NCBI RefSeq assembly: GCF_006345805.1
Contig: NW_021827608.1
Coordinates: 1 to 10,080, forward strand
Source: Octopus sinensis
Taxonomy: Eukaryota
Direction of reading: 5' to 3'
DNA length: 10,080 nt
Shown here: piece after piece, positions 1 through 7,766 of the stretch
Numbering within the stretch: position 1 is the stretch's first letter
Layout of the letters: every line of letters begins with the position of its first letter
Position numbers and translations under genes: made by a program
The notes under the pieces: model-generated
What the model saw: the letters and a program-made list of their open reading frames with translations, nothing else
Told to the model about the DNA's origin: nothing
Databases searched by the model: none

Positions 1-148
1 GTGTTCATAAAATATTTCATACGTTGTACTTTTAGATAATAGGTTTTTTTGTCTAAGAAAGTTTCCAGCATTTCTGTGTCTTGGATCCTTCAAGGCTGAA
101 GAATTTGTTCATGACTGTATTAACATTTTAAAATAATTATCTCTATCA

Positions 149-490
149 TTTTAGTCGAGCAAATCGACCCTGGGACTTATTCTTTGTAAGCCCAGTACTT
201 ATTCTATCGATCTCTTTTGCCGAACCGCTAAGTGACAGGGACGTAAACACACCAGCATCGGTTGTCAAGCAATGCTAGGGGGACAAACACAGACACACAA
301 ACACATACACGCATATATAGATATACATATATACGACAGGCTTCTTTCAGTTTCCGTCTACCAAATCCACTCACAAGGCATTGGTCAGCCCGAGGCTATA
401 GCAGAAGACACTTGCCCAACATGCCACGCAGTGGGACAGAACCCGGAACCATGTGGTTGGATAGCAAGCTACTTACCACACAGCCACTCC
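149..490 (-). mobile_element. tRNA-derived CORE-type SINE (octopus OR-like family), copy 1, missing the 3' tail
   Basis: The minus strand reads GGAGTGGCTGTGTGGTAAG (A-box-like) ... GGGTTCTGTCCCA (B-box-like) ... TTGGGCAAGTG (CORE-like motif), then an internal CA/TA microsatellite. It is near-identical to the copies at 1969, 4960, 7498, 9115 and 9401. The family name comes from recognition, not from a search. Confidence 0.9.
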
Positions 491-620
491 CGAAAAATTT
501 AAAGAAAAGATTTTTAAAAGAACATTTGTATAGTATTCAAATACAAGTGGCATTTTCCTTGTTTCTGCCTTTCTCTGTCTCTCTTGTTTACTCTTGTGGG
601 TTTATATAAATGTATGTCTG

Positions 621-624
<4 letters not shown>

Positions 625-655
<31 letters not shown>
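625..655. repeat. (TA)n microsatellite
   Basis: Pure TA run immediately left of the fold-back element. Confidence 0.95.
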
Positions 656-656
<1 letters not shown>

Positions 657-658
<2 letters not shown>

Positions 659-985
659 TAATAAGAGGAATGACCACTAAAGTGGATTCCTATATGCTAG
701 AGATAGACGTCAAATTGCCTTACAACAAAGAGTGTGTTTTCAAGAAAAGAAACACACCAAACACCAAAATGTAAAAAATAAGCAAGGCAAATGAAAATTT
801 ACGAAATATTATGATTACCTACGTATCATGATTTCATTATTAAGCCACTCTTTGTGGTAAGGAGATTTGATGTCTATCTCTAGCATATAGGAACCACTTT
901 AGTCGTCATTCCTCTTATTAATTGTAATATAATTTTAAAATCTAATGCTAGACCACTGGTCTAAATTGATATCAATTTCTATCCT
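657..985. mobile_element. Fold-back non-autonomous element with ~77-bp inverted arms plus a tail (MITE-like or Penelope-derived)
   Basis: 657-734 (ATTAATAAGAGGAATGACCACTAAAGTGG...CAAAGAGTG) is the near reverse complement of 846-922 and abuts (TA)n. The right boundary of the tail is approximate. Confidence 0.7.
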
Positions 986-1276
986 CATTATTACAGAATC
1001 ATTTGGGAGACATAACTTTTGGCAAGCCAGGAGGAGGGCGAAACTGATATTTCAGAGTTCTTCGCTTTGAAACCAAAAGAGTTTTACATTGTAAATAGAT
1101 GGAAGGAAGTCATAGATAATCAGGGAAAGTCCATTGATGATTGAATTTCAATTAAATATAACATTTGATCACTTGTTTTCTTTATTCAAAATTCAGACAA
1201 AACTTATGTGATGACCTGCCTGATATATATATGTGTGCGTGCATGTATGTGTGCAAATATATATGTGTTTGCATTT

Positions 1277-1277
1277 G

Positions 1278-1332
<55 letters not shown>
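1277..1332. repeat. Compound (TA)n(TG)n microsatellite
   Basis: Direct reading of the sequence. Confidence 0.95.
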
Positions 1333-1334
<2 letters not shown>

Positions 1335-1523
1335 TAATAACTAATTAATAATTAATTACGAGACCTTAGATTCAATTAACTCTCTTCTCATCTTCTCATC
1401 ATACAATGGATTCACTGAACTTTGATCCTGACTAAAATGCCAGAATATCAAATTATTGTACATTTTCTTCTTTCTGTTTTTTCCTTACACTTTCTCTCTC
1501 CGTACTCCCTTGCTTTCTTCATT

Positions 1524-1597
1524 CTGAAGATGTATATCAATTGCCACGAGGTAAATAATACATATTTACCCCAACCTGATATACGGAAACAGGTGTA
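1524..1597 (+). ncRNA. Degenerate type I hammerhead-ribozyme motif, probably a Penelope-like terminal remnant
   Basis: CTGAAGA (1524-1530); stem II TGTATATCA/TGATATACG (1531-1539/1577-1585) enclosing a second helix GGTAAATA/TATTTACC; GAAA (1586-1589); C-AGGT-GTA triplet (1595-1597). Stem I is very weak. Confidence 0.55.
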
Positions 1598-1788
1598 AAC
1601 TTACTCTAACATACTCTCATTTTAATTAATTAATTAATTAAACAATGGCTTATAACACCAAAGATCCATTTCTCATTGATATCTATTTCTCCATTTTCTT
1701 TTCGTGTATATGTATAGATTGCTAGCCATGATAGATTGCTAGCCACTAAAACTTTTTCTATTTTCTCCCCCTGCTTATTTCTGTGTTC

Positions 1789-1824
1789 CTTTCTGTTGAA
1801 GAGCGTAGGCTCGAAACATAAAAG
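1789..1824 (+). ncRNA. Minimal hammerhead-like motif with a non-canonical core, inside a repeat remnant (~1713-1920)
   Basis: CTTT-CTGTTGA-A-GAGC-GTAG-GCTC-GAAA-C-ATA-AAAG. Stem I is CTTT/AAAG and stem II is GAGC/GCTC. The core has T at the normally invariant A6 position. Confidence 0.4.
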
Positions 1825-1968
1825 ACTTTCTCACTTCCCAAGCGTTAAACTAATACATCTGTTTGTTGTTTACACACCCGTCTTTGTCTTTCGGGTTTTT
1901 TTTTGTAAATTCTCACTATACATACATACATTCATACATACATACGTGTATATATATATATATATATA

Positions 1969-2190
1969 TACTCTTTTACTCTTTTACTCTTTTACTTGTT
2001 TCAGTCATTTGACTGCGGCCATGCTGGAGCACCGCCTTTAGTCGAGCAAATCGACCCCAGGACTTATTCTTTTTGTAAGCCCAGTACTTATTCTATCGGT
2101 CTCTTTTTGCCGAATCGCTAATTGACGGGGACGTAAACACACCAGCATCGGTTGTCAAGCAATGCTAGGGGGACAAACACATACACACAC
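1969..2190 (-). mobile_element. SINE copy 2, 3' half only, with (TACTCTTT)n tail
   Basis: Matches the 3' half of the family from the tandem TACTCTTT tail to the internal CA/TA microsatellite. The tRNA head is absent. Confidence 0.9.
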
Positions 2191-2309
2191 ATGCACATAT
2201 ATATATATACATATATACAGTCCTTTGTTGTTGATGTTCTCCATTGTTCCTGTTGTTATTTCTTTTCATGTCAAATAATTATTCTATTGCTTTGTTGCAA
2301 TCTCTTGAA

Positions 2310-2389
2310 TGACATGTCTCTCTACTTGCATTTCTTTTTTAACTTCTTTTGAAGTTATTCAAAAGAAATGAACGTAGAGAGATATGTCA
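2310..2389. repeat. ~80-nt imperfect palindrome/hairpin
   Basis: TGACATGTCTCTCTACTTGCATTTCTTTTTTAACTTC, a TTTT loop (2347-2350), then GAAGTTATTCAAAAGAAATGAACGTAGAGAGATATGTCA. Confidence 0.8.
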
Positions 2390-2676
2390 CTGAAACACAA
2401 ACCATACTGAGCATTAAGAATGAAGGACCGAACCAGGTTCACTGCTTTAGATATTAGAAAGTTACTATTTGCAAATCTCACAATGAGAGATATTCAGCAA
2501 CAGTACTTTGGAGTAAAGATTGTTTGCCAATGTAACATGGCAGTCCTGGTTTAGGACGAATGTTGCTGTAATTTAGCCCTAGGAGACATCGTGTCCAGCT
2601 GGCTATATGACACAATCTGTGTCCTTATATTTTTTAACAAGGGAATCTAGCACCCCTACTCAGCTCAAAACAATAT

Positions 2677-2717
2677 CTGTATCGTGATTTCCAGGTTAAT
2701 TCCCTTCATCAGCACAG
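2677..2717 (-). ncRNA. Minimal type I hammerhead-ribozyme motif with an intact CUGAUGA core
   Basis: The minus strand reads CTGTG-CTGATGA-AGGG-AATTAA-CCTG-GAAA-TCACG-ATA-CAG. Stem III is quasi-palindromic (ATCACGAT). Stem I has lost 2 nt relative to the 3030 copy. Confidence 0.7.
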
Positions 2718-3029
2718 AATAATTGTTCAGCTGCCAAATTCCCATTCAAAATATATAGTTTTCAAAGTGACAGCTAGTCACTGATCTATAAATTAGAAAA
2801 TTACTATTTGTAAATCTCACAACGAGAGATATTCAGCAACAGTACTTTGGAGTAAAGATTTTTGCCAACATAACATGTCAGTCCTGGTTTAGAATGAATG
2901 TTACTGTAATTTAGCCCTAGGAGACATCATGTCCAGCTAGCTATTCGACATGATCTGTATCCTTATATTTTCGAACAAGGGAATCTAGCACCCCGACTCA
3001 GCTCAAAATTATTCTGCTGAACTATTATT

Positions 3030-3072
3030 CTGTGTTGATGAAGGGAAATAACCCGGAAATTGCAATACACAG
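3030..3072 (+). ncRNA. Minimal type I hammerhead-ribozyme motif with a palindromic stem III
   Basis: CTGTG-TTGATGA-A-GGG-AAATAA-CCC-G-GAAA-TTGCA-ATA-CACAG. Stem I CTGTG/CACAG is perfect, stem II is GGG/CCC, ATTGCAAT (3059-3066) is a perfect palindrome, and the cleavage triplet is AUA. The core has a C3>T change. Confidence 0.7.
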
Positions 3073-3306
3073 ATATTGTTTTGAGCTGAGTGGAGGTGCT
3101 AAAATTCCTTGTTCAAAAATATAAGGACACAGATTGTGTCATATAGCCAGCTGGAGACGATGTCTCTTGGGGCTAAATTACAGCAACATTTGTCCTAAAA
3201 CAGGAGTGCCATGTTATGTTGGCAAAAGCTTTAGATATATTTCATACATTCGTCAATATCTCCATCATCATTGTCCTTACTATCATGAAAATTACGATCC
3301 TCCTCT

Positions 3307-3337
3307 TCATCATCATCATCATCATCATTATCATCAT
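3307..3337. repeat. (CAT)n microsatellite
   Basis: TCATCATCATCATCATCATTATCATCAT. It explains the poly-His run in ORF 3134-3442. Confidence 0.9.
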
Positions 3338-3341
3338 TGTC

Positions 3342-4153
3342 TTAATCTTTTATCTTTTATTTGTTTCAGTCATTGGAGTGTGACCATACTTGGGCACCAT
3401 CTTGAAAAAATTTTAGTCAAACAATTCAACTCCAGTCCTTGATTTTGTCTTTTTTTTGTTTTTAAGCCTGTGTTATTTGGTGATTCCACAATTATAATGT
3501 CTGGCCTCTGTTGAGACTGTAACTGTAGTGTCTACTCTAGTAGCCACGATATTCTCTTGGTATCAGATACAGTGTATCTCTTCTATACCAGAATGGTAAC
3601 ACACCACTTCGTCTATCGTACTATCACTGATACCGCTGCTTGACACCAGATTTGAACTATCTATCTCGACTCTGACTCAAACTCGACTATAACACCTAAC
3701 TGACCCTTGACTCCAAATGAGAACTCATAAAACGACTCTACAATGACTAACACATGACTCTCTGTACTGGTTGACGTCGTCTTGCTTCATAGTGGCTGGT
3801 CATACCACTTGTCCCAGGGAAGAGTGTACCATTTCCACTACAACAGCCTGGTACTTATTTTAAAGGTTCCTTTTACTGAACCGCTAAGTTACAGGGATGT
3901 AAACATACCAACACCAGTTGTCAAGTGGTGATGGAGAACAAACACAAACATAAAGACACACAACAACACACACACAGGCATATATATGTACAACAGGCTT
4001 CATTCAGTTTCCATCTACCAAATCCACTCACAAGGCTTAGGTTGATGTGAAGGCTGTAGTTGAAGACACTTGCCCAAGGTGCTACACAGTGAGACTGAAC
4101 CTGGAACCATCTGGTTGGGGAGTAAGCTTCTTATCACTCAGCCACACCCATGC

Positions 4154-4156
<3 letters not shown>
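3342..4156 (-). mobile_element. Older, diverged SINE copy 3, interrupted by a solo LTR
   Basis: The 3' tail segment 3342-3470 (TTGTTTCAGTCATT...TAAGCCTG) resumes at 3846 (GCCTGGTACTTATT...GAACCGCTAAGTTAC...) and runs to the tRNA-like head ending near 4156. Confidence 0.85.
3471..3845. mobile_element. Solo LTR of an LTR retrotransposon (375 bp, TG...CA, 5-bp TSD GCCTG)
   Basis: Begins TGTTATTTGG and ends CCACTACAACA (TGTT/AACA inverted termini). GCCTG flanks it at 3466-3470 and 3846-3850. Removing it restores the SINE sequence AAGCCTGGTACTTATT. Confidence 0.85.
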
Positions 4157-4222
<66 letters not shown>

Positions 4223-4253
4223 CTGGAGTAGCACATTATTATATTTCTGCTGC

Positions 4254-4292
<39 letters not shown>
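4157..4292. repeat. (TA)n microsatellite tracts
   Basis: Two TA runs, about 4157-4222 and 4261-4293. Confidence 0.9.
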
Positions 4293-4297
<5 letters not shown>

Positions 4298-4561
4298 TAG
4301 AAAAAAACCACCTTTATCAAATATACGTTTTATTTATTATTTTAGACATTACTTAATCATTGGTATATTATTGTTATTTTATATTTAATATTTCTATTAT
4401 ATGTATTTTCTAGATGGTGTAATTTAATCATTCATTTTGAATTATAAAAGGTGGGTTTTTTTCTACTTTTTATATATATATATTATATTTGTTTTGAAAT
4501 TTGATTTAGCATTTCTAAATTGAATTTTTCCCTGTAAAGTTAGGAATAATATTCCCTCAAT
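4293..4561. mobile_element. Fold-back element with short inverted arms plus a tail, embedded in (TA)n
   Basis: TAGAAAAAAACCACCTTTAT (~4298-4317) is the near reverse complement of ATAAAAGGTGGGTTTTTTTCTA (~4444-4465). A tail of about 80 bp follows. (TA)n lies on both sides. Confidence 0.5.
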
Positions 4562-4572
4562 TATATATATTA

Positions 4573-4629
<57 letters not shown>
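4562..4629. repeat. (TA)n microsatellite
   Basis: Direct reading of the sequence. Confidence 0.95.
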
Positions 4630-4634
<5 letters not shown>

Positions 4635-4959
4635 TAAACATATCAAAGGGAAATGGAAATTAATTAAAATTTTCACTTCCAGTGGCCTAACGAGTAAAAA
4701 TTTAGTCCCAAAAGACTATGAATTAGTCCTAATATATAGTGTAAATTTAAACACATAAGGAATCCACTTGTAGAATTCAACATGCTAGAAAGAACAGCTA
4801 GGTTCTATAACCACAAAAATTATGGATAAAATTTGACAGGAATGAAATGAAAAAATGAAACATTTTACTATCAAGTTTCCTGGACCAATTGGTTTCTGAT
4901 TTTAGTTTAGCAAGCAAACAATATTTGCTTATCATTATTATTATTATTACTATTATACC

Positions 4960-5336
4960 TACTCTACCTCTTTTACTCTTTCATCACTTGTTTCAGTCAT
5001 TTGACTGCGGCCATGCTGGAGCACCACCTTTTAGTACTTATTCTATCGGTCTCTTTTGCCGAACCGCTAAGTGACGGGGACGTAAAAACAACCAGCATCG
5101 GTTGTCAAGCAATGCTAGGGGGACAAACACAGACACACAAACAACACACACACTATACATATATATACATATACGACAGGCTTCTTTCAGTTTCCGTCTA
5201 CCAAATCCACTCACAGGCATTGGTCGGCCCGGGGCTATAGCAGAGGACACTTGCCCAAGATGCCACACAGTGGGACTGAACCCGCAACCGTGTGGTTGGT
5301 TAGCAAGCTACTTACCACACAGCCACTCCTGCGCCT
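4960..5336 (-). mobile_element. SINE copy 4, near full length with a ~40-bp internal deletion
   Basis: The minus strand starts AGGCGCAGGAGTGGCTGTGTGGTAAG, carries the B-box GGTTCAGTCCC and CORE-like CTTGGGCAAGTG, and ends in the AAAAGAG-type tail. The CGAGCAAATCGACC...TAAGCCC block is missing near 5035. (TAT)n flanks both sides. Confidence 0.92.
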
Positions 5337-5385
5337 ATTATTATTATTATATTATTATTAATTATTATTATTATTATTATTATTA

Positions 5386-5646
5386 TTTTTTCCCTTCTTT
5401 CTTCAAATTTTCTTCCGTTTCTCGCCGAGTGTTTTCTGTACACCTAGGGCAGAGAAGCTCATTGTATGCATTCCCAGATTACACACGCAAATTCACAGGT
5501 AAAATATGTATTTAAAAAAAATTAATAAATAAATAAATTCATGAATGGATGTTGTTTTCACAGTGATAAGGCTCTTCTCAGAACATGAGCCATTACAGTT
5601 AACACGAATTTTTGCACTTCCTGTAGGGATGGTAAGCCTGGTATAT
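5386..5646 (-). mobile_element. 5'-truncated 3' end of an RLE-type (R4/Dong-like) non-LTR retrotransposon in (TAA)n
   Basis: 5644-5558 on the minus strand translates IPGLPSLQEVQKFVLTVMAHVLRRALSL*, resembling the QKxVLxGTAHILRK C-terminus of R4/Dong ORFs. About 170 nt of 3' UTR follows. (TAA)n lies on both sides, which is the known Dong target. Confidence 0.75.
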
Positions 5647-5718
5647 CATTATTATTATTATTATTCGATGTTATTATTAGCATTATTATTATTATTATTG
5701 TTGTTGTTATTACTGTTA

Positions 5719-5794
5719 TTCAGGTCACTGCCTGGAATCGAACTCGGAATCTTGGGGTTAGTAGCCCGCGCTCTTAACCACTACCCCATATGCC
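5719..5794 (-). pseudogene. tRNA-like sequence (pseudo-tRNA or SINE head) followed by (TAA/CAA)n
   Basis: The minus strand reads GGCATATGGGGTAGTGGTTAAGAGCGCGGGCTACTAACCCCAAGATTCCGAGTTCGATTCCAGGCAGTGACC, with D-loop AGTGGTTAAG, T-loop GTTCGATTC and anticodon-loop-like CT-ACT-AA. The acceptor and T stems pair poorly. Confidence 0.65.
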
Positions 5795-6039
5795 TGTCAA
5801 ATGTAAATAATGTAAATAATGTACATAATTGTTCATCTCTGAAATATAGTTCTACTGTTATGTCTAGCAAATTGAGTTACCATTGCAATGGGCTGACTCC
5901 AATGAAAGGCCACACGCATTGTACCTTCTCACGAAAAAGTTGGATGAGGCATGAAGTTCAAAACATCACTGTATGTGAATACTTAAACAAAGTCCTTTTT
6001 TAAAAAAGAAAAAAAAACACTTCCAACAAATTTTGTCAA

Positions 6040-6879
6040 ACATGTATATTTTATATATATATATTTTATTATTCAACATTTTTGATATGAAGTTAATATA
6101 TATGGATATATTAAAATATCATAAATATATGCAAATATATATATGTATATATATATACATATATATATACATATGTATATAAATATATATATATATTCGA
6201 AAGCTTGTTCTTTATTGCTTCTAAAAGTTCATAATGAATAACAAAAATATATATATATAATATAACAGTATATAACTATATATGATGGTATATAATTATA
6301 TAGACATATATGTATACATAAACATTATTATTTATATATAAGCATATATACAAACATACATATACATGCATACATATTTATATCTATATATATATATATA
6401 TTTATTTATATATATGTATATGTACATATAATTATATATGTGTGTATATATATATTTATATGTATGTAATATTTATATATTTATATATATATATGTATGT
6501 GTGTGTGTATATATATATTATATATGTATATATATATATATTTTATATTTTTATATATATATATATATATATATGCTTATGTAAATATATGGGTGTGTAT
6601 ATATTTTTCTTTTCTAAAGGGTCATTGAATGTTGGTGTCCCTTTTGGTATTTTGTTTCTCTCTTTATTTCCTTCTTTCTTTTGATCACCTTCAGTTGAAG
6701 AACTTCGGTATTTCTACTTTCAATTCTTGGCTGAAATTTGAATAAAAAAAAAAAGAAAACAAAAGGAAATCAAAGGAAAAAGAACGTTTTATACATTTCT
6801 TATACGGCATCGGCAATCACACGAAATCATCAACTATTCCATTTGAAGAAGACTTTCAACCAGTTCCTACTACATGAAC
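6040..6879 (-). other. Probable terminal 3'-UTR exon of the His-rich gene
   Basis: Acceptor TTCTGTAATCTTCAG|G with the exon starting at 6879. AATAAA occurs on the minus strand at 6663-6668, 6211-6216 and 6065-6070, the last followed by a GT/T-rich tract (~5996-6035). The 3' end is uncertain. Confidence 0.45.
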
Positions 6880-7079
6880 CTGAAGATTACAGAATTTAAT
6901 GCATGAAAGTACTAGTTCAATCAGAATGAACATTTAACATTCTATTATATTATTTCATTTTATTATATTATATTATCTTATATTATACCATTATAGGATT
7001 GTAAATAAAACGTGAAAATCAGACAAGGTTGGAATTTCTTTTATTAATATATTCTTCTATACACATCACACACACCCGT

Positions 7080-7173
7080 ATATATATATCTATACACACA
7101 TATATATATATACATATATATAATATACATATATATACATATTTATACATATATTAATATATATAATATATAC

Positions 7174-7216
<43 letters not shown>

Positions 7217-7245
7217 TAATACAACATATATATTATTACTATATA
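7080..7245. repeat. Degenerate (TA)n/(TACA)n microsatellite
   Basis: Direct reading of the sequence. Confidence 0.9.
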
Positions 7246-7433
7246 TAATACTTTATTTTTTAGCAGCAGAAAATTCAACAAAACGTTTACTCTGAGTTTT
7301 CTCGTTGCCGAAACTCAGAGTAACAGATTTTGTTGAATTTTTCTGCTGCTTAAAATAAAGCATATTACTCTACCACTGGTATTGAGTACTCTTTTTCCAC
7401 CTTGTTTCACATTTATGTTTTTTAACTCCGGTA

Positions 7434-7435
<2 letters not shown>
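7246..7435. mobile_element. Fold-back element (~55-bp arms, 11-nt loop) plus a tail, between (TA)n tracts; retains a 3' half hammerhead motif
   Basis: 7246-7299 is the near reverse complement of 7311-7367, with inner arms TTACTCTGAGTTT/AAACTCAGAGTAA. GAAAC-TCAGA-GTA-ACAG at 7310-7326 resembles hammerhead stem III plus a GUA site. Confidence 0.65.
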
Positions 7436-7497
<62 letters not shown>

Positions 7498-7660
7498 GAC
7501 AGCATTCTTTCAGTTTCCGTCTACCAAATCCACTCAAAAGGCTTTGGTCGACCTGAGGCTATAGTAGAAGACACTTGCCCAAGGTGCCACGCAGTGGGAC
7601 TGAACCTGGAACTCTATGGTTGGGAAGCAAGCTTTTTACCACACAGCCATGCCTGCGCCT
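7498..7660 (-). mobile_element. SINE copy 5, 5' half only (tRNA head plus CORE-like region)
   Basis: The minus strand reads AGGCGCAGGCATGGCTGTGTGGTAAAAAG...GGTTCAGTCCC...CCTTGGGCAAGTG and ends at (TA)n. Confidence 0.9.
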
Positions 7661-7766
7661 ACAAACGTACAACAAAACATAAAGAAATACAAAAGCATGT
7701 CAATCTACACTTAGAAAAGTAATCTTCTTTACTTACACCATTACAACAGTAATAAGACCATTGCCA

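Larger units (their letters stand above)
2439..3233. mobile_element. Hammerhead-bearing 339-bp repeat in tandem (2439-2777, 2778-3008) plus an inverted partial copy (3016-3233); retrozyme-like or Penelope pLTR-like
   Basis: TCACTG...ATTAGAAA.TTACTATTTG.AAATCTCACAA.GAGAGATATTCAGCAACAGTACTTTGGAGTAAAGATT recurs at 2439 and 2778. The segment 3016-3233 is the reverse complement of about 2515-2731. Hammerhead motifs lie in the first and third copies. Confidence 0.75.

Noticed and set aside
262-609. Recurrent ORFs MSSNARGTNT... and MLGGQTQTHK... (also at 2152, 5001, 5038, 5102)
   Set aside because: They are translations of the multicopy SINE and microsatellites, mostly with non-ATG starts. They are not a gene family.
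990-1140. Possible small plus-strand exon after TATTACAG (NHLGDITFGKPGGGRN*)
   Set aside because: All frames close quickly, there is no recognisable motif, and no partner exon is visible.
3134-3442. Poly-His ORF
   Set aside because: It spans the inverted repeat copy, a (CAT)n microsatellite and a SINE tail, and starts at TTG.
5719-5794. Functional tRNA-Ser(ACT) gene
   Set aside because: The acceptor and T stems pair poorly, the ACT anticodon is atypical for eukaryotes, and it is embedded in repeats.
5545-6003. 152-aa ORF with a poly-Leu/Tyr hydrophobic stretch
   Set aside because: The hydrophobic run is translated (TTA)n. The ORF is antisense to the R4-like fragment and the tRNA-like head.
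6442-7564. YI/IY-rich ORFs (6442, 7090, 7382; also 4047, 1736)
   Set aside because: They are translations of (TA)n microsatellites.
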